Virus record (IMG/VR): IMGVR_UViG_2654587515_000001
Span: 1-64,000 of that record
Direction: 5' to 3' (one strand)
DNA: 64,000 bases
Origin: a virus
Lineage: Duplodnaviria > Caudoviricetes
Part shown: piece by piece, positions 55,151 to 63,499 of the stretch
How the letters are laid out: each line of letters begins with the position of its first letter
Position numbering within the stretch: position 1 is the first letter of the stretch
Translations under genes and position numbers: made by a program
Notes under the pieces: generated by a model
What the model was told of the DNA's origin: nothing
Database searches by the model: none
What the model saw: only the letters and a program-made list of their open reading frames with translations

Positions 55151-55929
55151 AGCTAATTGAGAAGCCGTGGGCAAAAGCCGTTCGATGCCTACCGAACGAA
55201 TTAGCTCGTTATGCGCTATTTACTGTAGGTACATCACAGGAGCGTCGCTATTACACCAAGCCGGTTTTGTTGGGTCTGATTGATGGCAGTCATGCACCCA
55301 TGGAGCTGCAGTTTGTCGGGCCAGAGTTAAGACAGGATGATCTGGACGTTTTTCTTGAGCTGCTCCACTATGCGCGTGACGCCGATTTATCCGGTAAGCT
55401 CAAGTTTAAACGTGCTGAGTTAATGAAGTCTTTAGGTTGGGCCAGAACGCCATTTTATTATGAGAGATTGCTTCAATGTATGCGCCGGCTTAGCCAGTCC
55501 AACCTTGAAGGTTTGATCACTCGTAGAGACAATGGCGACTTGATTCAACATCGTTTCAACTTTAATTTGGTAGATTCGTTCGAATATAAAGACGTAAATG
55601 GTGCAATGGCTCGCTTTTGGCACTATCGTTTACCAGTGGAGTTGGTGAAGTTTTTCACGGCTTCAGGGTTTGCGAGAATCGATCTAAAACGACGACAGGC
55701 GTTAAAGAACAATCATATTGCCAAGTGGTTGCAGTTTTACTTTGCCAGCCATAAGGCAAACAACAAGTACGCCGTCTCAGTTGAAAAAGTGATGCATAGC
55801 TGTGGTTCCAAGGCGAGCGATTTGAAAACGTTTCGTCAAAAATTGAAAGCAGCGCTTAAATTGCTCAAGGCAGCTGGTATTGTAGATGCCTACATAGATA
55901 AAGATTCAGATCGGATTTTGCGTAAGTAA
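55141..55929 (+). CDS. TrfA-family replication initiator
   Basis: [33 protein letters not shown]...FRQKLKAAL motifs of TrfA-like Rep proteins; iteron array downstream. Confidence 0.85.
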   Translation: MSVKLIEKPWAKAVRCLPNELARYALFTVGTSQERRYYTKPVLLGLIDGSHAPMELQFVGPELRQDDLDVFLELLHYARDADLSGKLKFKRAELMKSLGWARTPFYYERLLQCMRRLSQSNLEGLITRRDNGDLIQHRFNFNLVDSFEYKDVNGAMARFWHYRLPVELVKFFTASGFARIDLKRRQALKNNHIAKWLQFYFASHKANNKYAVSVEKVMHSCGSKASDLKTFRQKLKAALKLLKAAGIVDAYIDKDSDRILRK

Positions 55930-55995
55930 CGCTCACGCTGTTCGGATACAACAACGTCCCAATGACAGGGGCGTTTTTATTGATAAGGTCATATT

Positions 55996-56346
55996 GTGAA
56001 TTGGATATTCATTGTTTTTAACCTCATTCCTTTGTTGCTTGGCTGGTTTGGATTTTCAGCCGGCCAGCCAGAGCTGGTGACTATTGCTATCGTGGTTATA
56101 GCGGTCCGTGCGGCGTTGGTGCTGTTTACGGTACCCAAGATGTACATCAAGTTTCAAAAGTCTGATCAGCTGACGCGACGTTATCATCGGCAGCAACTCA
56201 AAAAGCCGGCGGTGGTATTCATCGTTTCATTTATCACGCTTTGGTCGCTGGTGGTGTGGGGTGAAGAACTGGTGCTTTGCATGGTAGTGCTCAGCACAGC
56301 CATGTACCACGGCATGAGAAATCACATCGTCAGACACTCCTACTAA
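55996..56346 (+). CDS. small integral membrane protein
   Basis: Four hydrophobic segments; bounded by terminator-like hairpins. Confidence 0.7.
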   Translation: MNWIFIVFNLIPLLLGWFGFSAGQPELVTIAIVVIAVRAALVLFTVPKMYIKFQKSDQLTRRYHRQQLKKPAVVFIVSFITLWSLVVWGEELVLCMVVLSTAMYHGMRNHIVRHSY

Positions 56347-56365
56347 GCAGGTATTGAAATATGAG

Positions 56366-56398
56366 CGGCATTCTCGAAAGAGGGTGCCGTTTTTTTAT
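56366..56398 (+). terminator. rho-independent terminator
   Basis: CGGCATTCTC-GAAA-GAGGGTGCCG-TTTTTTT. Confidence 0.85.
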
Positions 56399-56498
56399 GT
56401 CTGAAAGGGAATAGACGTCGCTGTCTGGGCTTGTGGAAAAGCTGTTTATATACAGTGGTATAAGTAGTGTATATACAGTGGAATTAGACCAAAAAAAT

Positions 56499-56625
56499 GC
56501 ATAAATCGAGATACCAAAATGCATAAGTTGAGATACCCGTTTGCATAAATCGAGATACCAAAACGCATAAGTTGAGATACCCGTTTGCATAAATCGAGAT
56601 ACTAGCAAAACATAAATCGAGATAC
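56499..56625 (+). repeat. six 16-bp iterons GCATAA(ATC/GTT)GAGATAC at 22-bp period, followed by an AT-rich tract
   Basis: Copies at 56499, 56521, 56543, 56565, 56587, 56610; AT-rich region with ATAACC repeats to about 56800. Confidence 0.92.
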
Positions 56626-57021
56626 TAGAATGATTTGTTTTTCCTTTAAAAACATATTGTTATATTTTACTTCTGGTTCAACTTTCGAGGCCAACAACCA
56701 TTTTATAACCATATATAACCATTCTATAAGCCATCTTATAACCTATTAAAAAATAGAAATAATAAAGGGTTCTCTTTTTTGTTTTTTCAAAAACAGTGAA
56801 ACTACGATGAGGAAACACAAAGTGATCCCAGTTGATCTTTGTTCTTTTGAGGGTGTTTCTCGCTCTTCATTGGCTACCTGACGGCTTTTAAGGTCATGAT
56901 GAATGTCATTGCATTGCTTTTCAGTTATCGCGCTCTGTGTGCTTCTCTGGCGTTATTTATTGACGGCTGACTTAATAGGAACTCTGTGCCTATAATGTGA
57001 GCGTTAAGGGAGGGCTACGGC

Positions 57022-57561
57022 ATGAGTAAACCATTTCAAGTTTATTGGAGTGAAGACGGCCATATAACAAACAAGGCTAATTGGTTGCACTGTGTGGAGA
57101 CAGACGATCCGGTGCGAGCTGAGCAGATGTACTTCAAGCTGTGCAAAAAGATGCTTGGTAAGCAAGGGTATGTGTTCCTGCAGTCAAGTGATCCTGACTC
57201 GGTTCCTTATGGGCGATTTAATACCGGTTCTGATATTCGTTGGAATGTGGACCGCGAAGAGCAAGAGGTTCGCCGGTGGATAGTTTGGGCTATGCCCCAA
57301 GAGATCCCCTATAAGCGTTGGAAGGCGCCCACTACGTACATGGTGAAAGGGCTAAAAGCGGCTATTTTGCTTCGTTCTGGTGAAAAGATAGGGTGCGAGA
57401 TATCCGGTGAAATGATCGGGCGGGTGTTGGGGCGCAGTTCTCGTGGTATTCGTTACTGGATAGCGGAAGAGGGCGAAAACCGGAGTATTGATTACGCTAA
57501 CTGGCGTTGTTTGTTAGAAATGGCTGGATTCAAGAATAAACCGATAGCAACCTATCTGTGA
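57022..57561 (+). CDS. protein with C-terminal KorC-like HTH
   Basis: GRVLGRSSRGIRYWI...IDYANWRCLLEMAG resembles KorC-family repressors. Confidence 0.6.
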   Translation: MSKPFQVYWSEDGHITNKANWLHCVETDDPVRAEQMYFKLCKKMLGKQGYVFLQSSDPDSVPYGRFNTGSDIRWNVDREEQEVRRWIVWAMPQEIPYKRWKAPTTYMVKGLKAAILLRSGEKIGCEISGEMIGRVLGRSSRGIRYWIAEEGENRSIDYANWRCLLEMAGFKNKPIATYL

Positions 57562-57573
57562 AATTTGGATCTT

Positions 57574-58110
57574 ATGACGGAAACACAACTGGAAAACTTA
57601 GCCAAGGCCGGTAATGCGCTTGCTGGTCAGGCGCTAAGGAAGTATCGGCAAGCGAAACAGCCTCAAATGACGAACGGAAAGCCTCTCAAAGCCGTTCCAG
57701 CGAAGCGAAAGGGCGATAAAGGTCCTAGTGGGTTAGAAATGTCGTTCGCAACGCAGGTTAAGCAATCAGGGCTTCCTATGCCGCGCTGGGGGAATAACGA
57801 ATTAAAGTTTCACCCTAAGCGCCGCTGGCGTTTTGACTTCGCGTGGGAAGATCACAAGGTGGCCGTCGAGATTGAGGGTGGTACCTACAGTCACGGGCAA
57901 GAGCGATTTGACTCAGGCAAGGGGAAAAAGGTCACTCAAAAGTCGAGGCATTTAACGCCTACTGGCTTTCATGAAGACTGCATCAAATATGGTGAGGCCG
58001 CGATATTGGGGTGGTGTGTGATCCGTGTGGATGCGAAGATGATTAAAGATGGTTCGGCGCTTGCTATGCTTGAAAGGGCACTAAAAAGTAAAGTATCTAC
58101 TGAGTGTTGA
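57574..58110 (+). CDS. PD-(D/E)XK (Vsr/DUF559-like) phage endonuclease
   Basis: KFHPKRRWRFDFAW...VAVEIEGG...DCIKYGEAAILGW.V.R. Confidence 0.8.
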   Translation: MTETQLENLAKAGNALAGQALRKYRQAKQPQMTNGKPLKAVPAKRKGDKGPSGLEMSFATQVKQSGLPMPRWGNNELKFHPKRRWRFDFAWEDHKVAVEIEGGTYSHGQERFDSGKGKKVTQKSRHLTPTGFHEDCIKYGEAAILGWCVIRVDAKMIKDGSALAMLERALKSKVSTEC

Positions 58111-58151
58111 TGAAATATCTAGAGGGTATTGAGTTGATACCCCTTAGATAC

Positions 58152-58400
58152 TTAGTTGGTGTTTTCTTCGAGCAGAGCGTTTAGCTCTGTTTCGTCAGTA
58201 ATGCGCTCATTCTTGATGAGCCAGTTTACTAGGTGCTCGTATTCACCGTCGTTCATTGTTCTGAATCGAGCGCTTTCTGGGGTGGTTCGCCAAGCCCAAA
58301 TCGTGTTCACGCTTGTTTTGTAGCAAATATCAGCAACGTCTTGCGCCTTCAGCTTAAAATGTTTCTGAATTATCTTGAGTTTTTCGTTATTGGTCATCAA
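58152..58400 (-). CDS. small HTH-like protein
   Basis: LKAQDVADICYKTSVNTIWAW. Confidence 0.6.
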   Translation of the reverse strand: MMTNNEKLKIIQKHFKLKAQDVADICYKTSVNTIWAWRTTPESARFRTMNDGEYEHLVNWLIKNERITDETELNALLEENTN

Positions 58401-58454
58401 AGAGTTCCGTCAGTGTTTCGTAGAAAATAACACTCAGGCGGTACAAAGTACAGG

Positions 58455-58784
58455 TTATCGCTGAATGGCGGTCATTTGGCCGCAGTGTTGGCACTTACAA
58501 CGCATTTTATTGCGTGTTTTTTCTACTTTCTCCTGCATTTCTTGCCATCGCCAATAGAGCTGAGAGTTTTTATTGGCCAGTTGTTTCAAAACCCACATAG
58601 GGCTTAATACTTCCCCGCATAGGCCACATGCTACCGTGTCGTTGGACTCGTTGATTTTGAAGTCTCCGTGCTGACATTCAAGTCGGTGTCGGTATGTTTG
58701 AGTCTCTTTGAATATAGGCTTGTCTGTGGGTGGCTGCTTGATTCGCTTAAACTCAACAATGTTGTCGTTGTCTTCCATCATCAC
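58455..58784 (-). CDS. Zn-finger hypothetical protein
   Basis: CQH...CGLCG...CQHCG. Confidence 0.65.
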   Translation of the reverse strand: MMMEDNDNIVEFKRIKQPPTDKPIFKETQTYRHRLECQHGDFKINESNDTVACGLCGEVLSPMWVLKQLANKNSQLYWRWQEMQEKVEKTRNKMRCKCQHCGQMTAIQR

Positions 58785-58834
58785 TCCTTTGCTCTGGTAC
58801 CCTCACTGGAGAGGGTACCAATCACGGTATGGCT

Positions 58835-59653
58835 TTATTGACAGGTACAGGCTTCGGCTTCGCCGTTGTGAAGCGCTTTGCGGTTAAATTCGACCTCTGC
58901 TAACAGATCGACCAGCTCTTTGTCTGAGTTCTGCTGGTAGCCAAGAGCTTTAAGCAGAGAGCTTTTGAACATGTTTTGCTGCTCATTTGCCATATCAACT
59001 ACGCTGTGGCCCTTAGTGACGGCAGTGATCAGTGCGGAAGTGATCTCAATGAAATACTCAGCTTCATGTAAGGCATCGTATAGCGCGTGATGGAGTGGAC
59101 CTTTGCGCTCAAGGGTGTATTTAGGGTCGATGCCAAGCAGCAAACGACCAAGCAGGCAGGCTGTGCGCAGTGACTGGTTGCCTCGGAATTGCCAAGGTTG
59201 CTCGATACCGGCTTCTTCATAAGCGTGTGACAGGATAACGTTGTCAAATTCCGGACCATTCCCCATGACTTGCGCCTTTGTGCCTTCTGGCGTGTTTTCT
59301 TTGATGTAGTAGGCGATCTGGTGCAGCGCTTCAGGCAGCGATAAACGCTCATCATTTTTAGACGGTGAGAACAGTTCTGCGTAAGCCTCTGGCGACTCTT
59401 CCTTTTGTCGCTCCCAGAATGCCATGGTGCTATCTGGTTGGTCGATGGCGTCTTTGATGCGGTTTTCTTGGCCTTCATCGCTGATCAGCATGTAGGTTTG
59501 ATTGAGGATCCGGCGCTGGTAAATATCAACGGTCACTACAGAGGCTGAGAAAATGTGTGCGTCTGGGCCTTTCGCGCCGGTTTCAATGTCAGTGATATGA
59601 ATCACAGGGCTTGATTTGATGGTCTTTAGGTACTCAAGTGTCGGTAAAATCAT
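58835..59653 (-). CDS. 3'-5' exonuclease/exoribonuclease (DEDDh family)
   Basis: DIETG, GNGPEFDNVIL, HHALYDA motifs. Confidence 0.88.
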   Translation of the reverse strand: MILPTLEYLKTIKSSPVIHITDIETGAKGPDAHIFSASVVTVDIYQRRILNQTYMLISDEGQENRIKDAIDQPDSTMAFWERQKEESPEAYAELFSPSKNDERLSLPEALHQIAYYIKENTPEGTKAQVMGNGPEFDNVILSHAYEEAGIEQPWQFRGNQSLRTACLLGRLLLGIDPKYTLERKGPLHHALYDALHEAEYFIEITSALITAVTKGHSVVDMANEQQNMFKSSLLKALGYQQNSDKELVDLLAEVEFNRKALHNGEAEACTCQ

Positions 59654-60261
59654 AAATTTGTCTCGGTTTCTTCAATTTCTAGTGAATCCAAAGTGATCCT
59701 CTCACCTACAACTGTGGTTGAGTAAGTGACGGAATATTCAATTTCTAACTCATATTCGCCGCCGCAGATATCACACGTTTCTTTTCCATCGCGGGGTTCG
59801 TCTGGCTCATAGCTGGTGCCGCAGTGGGGACAGACAATTTCATCATTGTGTTTGTAGTCCCATTCGTCGTAATCGTTACTAGCAACCTTTTCCAGAGCTT
59901 CACGCTTTAGCTTCTGGTCAAGGGCGGTTTGGCATGGGGAGCATCTGAACCCCTCTCGCGTTCCCCAAGCTGATCCCACAATTTCAGATCTGTGGGTTTG
60001 GCAATCCACACAAACATTGTGCTCGTCACAAACAAAGTAGTCCCAGCCATTTGAGGTACCTAAGCACTTCTCGCAACCAACAACCCAGTACCAAGCCCCA
60101 TCAATGAACTCTGATTTTAGGCCCCTTTGTGGCGGGGTAAGTTCTAACGTTGGTAAGTCTTCAGTTTCACTGTTCCATACTGCTTTCATTGGGCCGTTGT
60201 GAATTCGGTCTGTCCATTCGGGCAGAGCTTCAGGGATGAGTATTTTGATATTTTTATCCAT
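59650..60261 (-). CDS. multi-Cys hypothetical protein
   Basis: Several CxxC pairs; CAGGA RBS before MDKNIK. Confidence 0.65.
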   Translation of the reverse strand: MDKNIKILIPEALPEWTDRIHNGPMKAVWNSETEDLPTLELTPPQRGLKSEFIDGAWYWVVGCEKCLGTSNGWDYFVCDEHNVCVDCQTHRSEIVGSAWGTREGFRCSPCQTALDQKLKREALEKVASNDYDEWDYKHNDEIVCPHCGTSYEPDEPRDGKETCDICGGEYELEIEYSVTYSTTVVGERITLDSLEIEETETNL

Positions 60262-60310
60262 GGTGATTTCCTGCTGGTGGCTGCGACGCATGGCCGCAGC
60301 CTGTTGTTGG

Positions 60311-61501
60311 TTAAGCGGCTTTAGGCTGGCGGTTTAGGTCTGACCAACTATCGTGTTGGCGTTGCCATTGCTCGACCAATTGTTCCAGTTTGGAGTAGAT
60401 TTGCTTCACGGCAGCTTCGCCAAAGCCCTTTGCAGCGGTGCCGGCTTTGTCTTTGACGATGGCACGCAGGCGGTGTGGTGGAATGTGAAGCACGCTGTAT
60501 AGACTCTGGAATCCGGCATTGTTCAATACTTCTAAGTGTTTCGGATCCAGCTGGGCATCTTCCAGATAAGTTTCTTTCGCCCACTCCATGCGCTCAATTA
60601 GGTGCGGGTGGGTGATCTCGATGCGATTAATGATGAGTTCGTGCAGTGCATCATGGATATCAGTCGGCCAGCGGTCGGCCAAGTAGTCACATGGCGGGTA
60701 GAATGGCTGCAGCCAGTCAGTCACTGAGACGGTGATATTCAATCCGTGGTTGGTTTTGACTTCGTAGTACCAATCCAGATCGTTAATGATTTTGATGGTT
60801 GATGCCTCTGGTCGGAAGGACAGGCCGTATTCAAAGACGTGGATGTAACACTTCAAAATGCCGTCGGTACCCACAAACACCTTGTTGATCACGTCGCCGT
60901 CTTTGTGCATGAGGCGAGAGCGAGCTTCGTTTAGCTCTTCGGTCAGCTGGGTGTTTGTCTGAACCATGACGTTCTTTTTCGTTTCAGCGTCCACCAGCTG
61001 GTTTTTAAGGTCACGGATCTTGGTGCGTTGCTCTTCAAGCAGCTTTTGTTTTTCGTCGTTCTTTTTGCGCTGAGCCGCGATACGGGATTTCATTTGTTCC
61101 GGCTGCATGGCCTGAAGGCGTTTCAGTTCTTCCAGTTTTTCTTTGACATTGGCTTGGGCGACTTTGGCCTGAGCTTTTTCTCGCTCGGCTTCTGCAGTGG
61201 CTTGTTTGGCCTCAAGCTCAAGTTCATCAAGGTTAGAGCGAAGTTCTGAAAGTTCACGCTCTGTGCGTGTTAAGTCTTCCTGAGTCTTTTCAAGCTCATC
61301 ACACAACGTGTTGAACTCATCAACCTCTGTGTTGTATTGCTCGATAACCAACTGCTCAGCCTGATCAATCATAGTGATGGCGGCATTGACGGATGTGTGT
61401 GCGAGACCTTCAGTTTTGTCTGCTGCAATACCCAGTTGGTAACGTGCAGGGTTCAGGGCGGACTGCAGGGCGGTTGCTACGGTGCTTTTTTCTGTTGTCA
61501 T
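60311..61501 (-). CDS. long coiled-coil protein
   Basis: About 200-aa heptad region followed by a globular C-terminus. Confidence 0.75.
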   Translation of the reverse strand: MTTEKSTVATALQSALNPARYQLGIAADKTEGLAHTSVNAAITMIDQAEQLVIEQYNTEVDEFNTLCDELEKTQEDLTRTERELSELRSNLDELELEAKQATAEAEREKAQAKVAQANVKEKLEELKRLQAMQPEQMKSRIAAQRKKNDEKQKLLEEQRTKIRDLKNQLVDAETKKNVMVQTNTQLTEELNEARSRLMHKDGDVINKVFVGTDGILKCYIHVFEYGLSFRPEASTIKIINDLDWYYEVKTNHGLNITVSVTDWLQPFYPPCDYLADRWPTDIHDALHELIINRIEITHPHLIERMEWAKETYLEDAQLDPKHLEVLNNAGFQSLYSVLHIPPHRLRAIVKDKAGTAAKGFGEAAVKQIYSKLEQLVEQWQRQHDSWSDLNRQPKAA

Positions 61502-61556
61502 TCTACTTCTCCTTCAATCTTTAAACTCGGTAGTAATAAACTAAACGGGGCGGGGC

Positions 61557-61754
61557 TTATGGCTGCATAGAGCGGTTGATTACGCTCCAAACCTTGTCGA
61601 CATAAACCTCTAACTTCTGGTCGATGCGCGTGAGCTTTGCTTGCAGCGATTTCTTGAGGCGCATAGAATAGGGAACTGGTTTACGCATTAAATAACAGTG
61701 AGCAGCTAACAGGCGCTCTGAGCGTTCCATTCTGGATAACTGTTGATTGTCCAT
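61557..61754 (-). CDS. hypothetical protein
   Basis: AAGAAGGA RBS; operon packing. Confidence 0.55.
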   Translation of the reverse strand: MDNQQLSRMERSERLLAAHCYLMRKPVPYSMRLKKSLQAKLTRIDQKLEVYVDKVWSVINRSMQP

Positions 61755-61829
61755 TGTTGGGATCCTTCTTCCTGTGTGGTGTGTAGACTATGGCGTATCA
61801 ATCTTTGGTCGGGGCGATACGCCAACCTT

Positions 61830-62058
61830 TCAAAACTTCGGCTTAATTCTGAGCTTGAATCTCTTACCGTCGGCCTTTTTGCCGGTCAGGTTAAATTCAC
61901 TATCCATATCATCAGCCAGCCTTTGAGCATCAGCGTGGAAGTCCGCGAACTGGTGTCGTGTCAGGTTATTGGCTGTGTTTCCCTGAAAATGCGCTGAAAG
62001 CACGATCACCTTGTGCTTCCCTTCTCCGTTTGCATGTCTTTGTAGTGTTGTCATCAAC
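61830..62058 (-). CDS. hypothetical protein (start uncertain; track ORF extends to 62138)
   Basis: First ORF of the leftward operon. Confidence 0.45.
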
Positions 62059-62147
62059 ATTTTCCTGTTGTCGATAGTTAGAAAATCTGGTGTTAACGTC
62101 ACCGAGACAGTTAGCGCTCTTCGTGCTAACGACGCCAATATATATCT

Positions 62148-62172
62148 AAATCCTGTACAATGTACAGGATTT
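62148..62172. promoter_or_regulatory. 25-bp palindrome, copy 1 (operator or recombination site candidate)
   Basis: AAATCCTGTACA-A-TGTACAGGATTT in the divergent intergenic region. Confidence 0.7.
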
Positions 62173-62225
62173 TTTTAAAAAGGTTGAGCCAAAGATAAAA
62201 GCAACTCAGCCAATTGGGACTCTCA

Positions 62226-63404
62226 ATGCAGACACTTACAGTCAGTTTTTCTGAATCATCCGTTAAGCGAGCGCTAAAAAACGCCGAAGGCTACGAAATC
62301 AAGGTTTCGTCAAAGCCCACGGTATTGTTGCGTCCGCATAAAGGGTTAGAGAGGGGAACTTGGTATCTGCGTAAGGGGGAGAAATATCACCCGCTTGGGG
62401 TGTATCCGGTTGTGCCGGTCTCTCTCGTAAAAGAGCGACTGCCTCACATCGTGTTTGACCTCTCGATGAATCCAGACGCTAAGGTTGAGATTATCAGTGG
62501 CTTCCAGAAAGTGACGGATTTACTCAGCTGGTACTGTGAGCGTGCTCAGTCTGACCGCGAGCTATCCAAAAAGCGCAAGGCGACGGTGAGGTCGGTGATC
62601 AACAAGCACCTGATCCCCATGCTGGGGGATAAGCTGATTGACGAGCTGAATCATGCTTGCATTGATGATGCGCTGATCTGGCCGCTTCAAAGCAAATACT
62701 CCCTGTCCAATGTGAGACTGATATTTTCTGCGTTGAAGGCCGCTTTTAAGCTGGCCGCTAAGCAGAACCGTATCAACGCTAATCCACTGGCTGACCTGCA
62801 ATTCACCGATTTCATTCAGAAACGCATTAATCCCAAAGATGCCCAGATCAGGGCCGCTGATATTCCGGCGGTACTGGCGGCGCTGGTGGACTGCCACTAC
62901 AGCACCAGAATGCTGATTTTGATGATGCTCCTATTTGGTACCCGCATTGGTGAAACCCGTCAGGCGAAGTGGTCCCATATTGATGATGATTATTGGCACT
63001 TACCGGCAGGCCATACCAAAACCAAGCAATCTCACCGCTTGCCATTAACTGAGCCGGTTAAAGCGTTGCTTGATGCATACCGCAATACCCAGAAAGCGAA
63101 GGGCTACACGGGGCAATTCCTCTTTCCTAATGACGATCGTAGTGGTCAGTGCGTGCCGGCCAGTACGGCGAGCACTCAAATTAAGCGTATTTCCTCTGGG
63201 AACTGGACCGCTCATGACCTGCGAAAAGTAGCGCGAACGGTGTGGGCAGACCTGGGGGTGGATTACATGGTAGGTGAAATGCTGTTGAACCATGCCCTGA
63301 GCAAATTGGACAAGACCTACATTCATACTCACGTCGAACACAAGATGAAAGAAGCCCTCAGCCAATACCACGACTGGCTAAAAGAGCAGGGCCTTTCGTT
63401 CTAA
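62226..63404 (+). CDS. tyrosine recombinase/integrase with N-terminal arm-binding-like domain
   Basis: FGTRIGE (R), HTKTK (K), HDLRK (HxxR), LLNH (H), KTYIH (Y); all catalytic residues present. Confidence 0.92.
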   Translation: MQTLTVSFSESSVKRALKNAEGYEIKVSSKPTVLLRPHKGLERGTWYLRKGEKYHPLGVYPVVPVSLVKERLPHIVFDLSMNPDAKVEIISGFQKVTDLLSWYCERAQSDRELSKKRKATVRSVINKHLIPMLGDKLIDELNHACIDDALIWPLQSKYSLSNVRLIFSALKAAFKLAAKQNRINANPLADLQFTDFIQKRINPKDAQIRAADIPAVLAALVDCHYSTRMLILMMLLFGTRIGETRQAKWSHIDDDYWHLPAGHTKTKQSHRLPLTEPVKALLDAYRNTQKAKGYTGQFLFPNDDRSGQCVPASTASTQIKRISSGNWTAHDLRKVARTVWADLGVDYMVGEMLLNHALSKLDKTYIHTHVEHKMKEALSQYHDWLKEQGLSF

Positions 63405-63433
63405 CCTCCTCAAAATTTCATATCAATTAAAAT

Positions 63434-63458
63434 AAATCCTGTACAATGTACAGGATTT
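63434..63458. promoter_or_regulatory. 25-bp palindrome, copy 2
   Basis: Identical to 62148..62172; 41 bp upstream of the AphA-like ATG. Confidence 0.7.
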
Positions 63459-63499
63459 TGTTATATGGTGTTTCCAATTTCCAAAAAAGGAGTGTCGAA

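Noticed and set aside
56442-56480. CTGTTTATATACAG palindrome and nearby TATATACAG as LexA boxes
   Set aside because: Spacing is CTGT-N6-ACAG, not N8; more likely part of the second origin.
56499-56625. Repeat array as a mini-CRISPR
   Set aside because: Spacers are only 6-7 bp and themselves repeat; no cas genes; the 22-bp period fits iterons.
58105-58140. TGTTGATGA as another late promoter
   Set aside because: No -10 hexamer at the expected distance and it lies between convergent genes.
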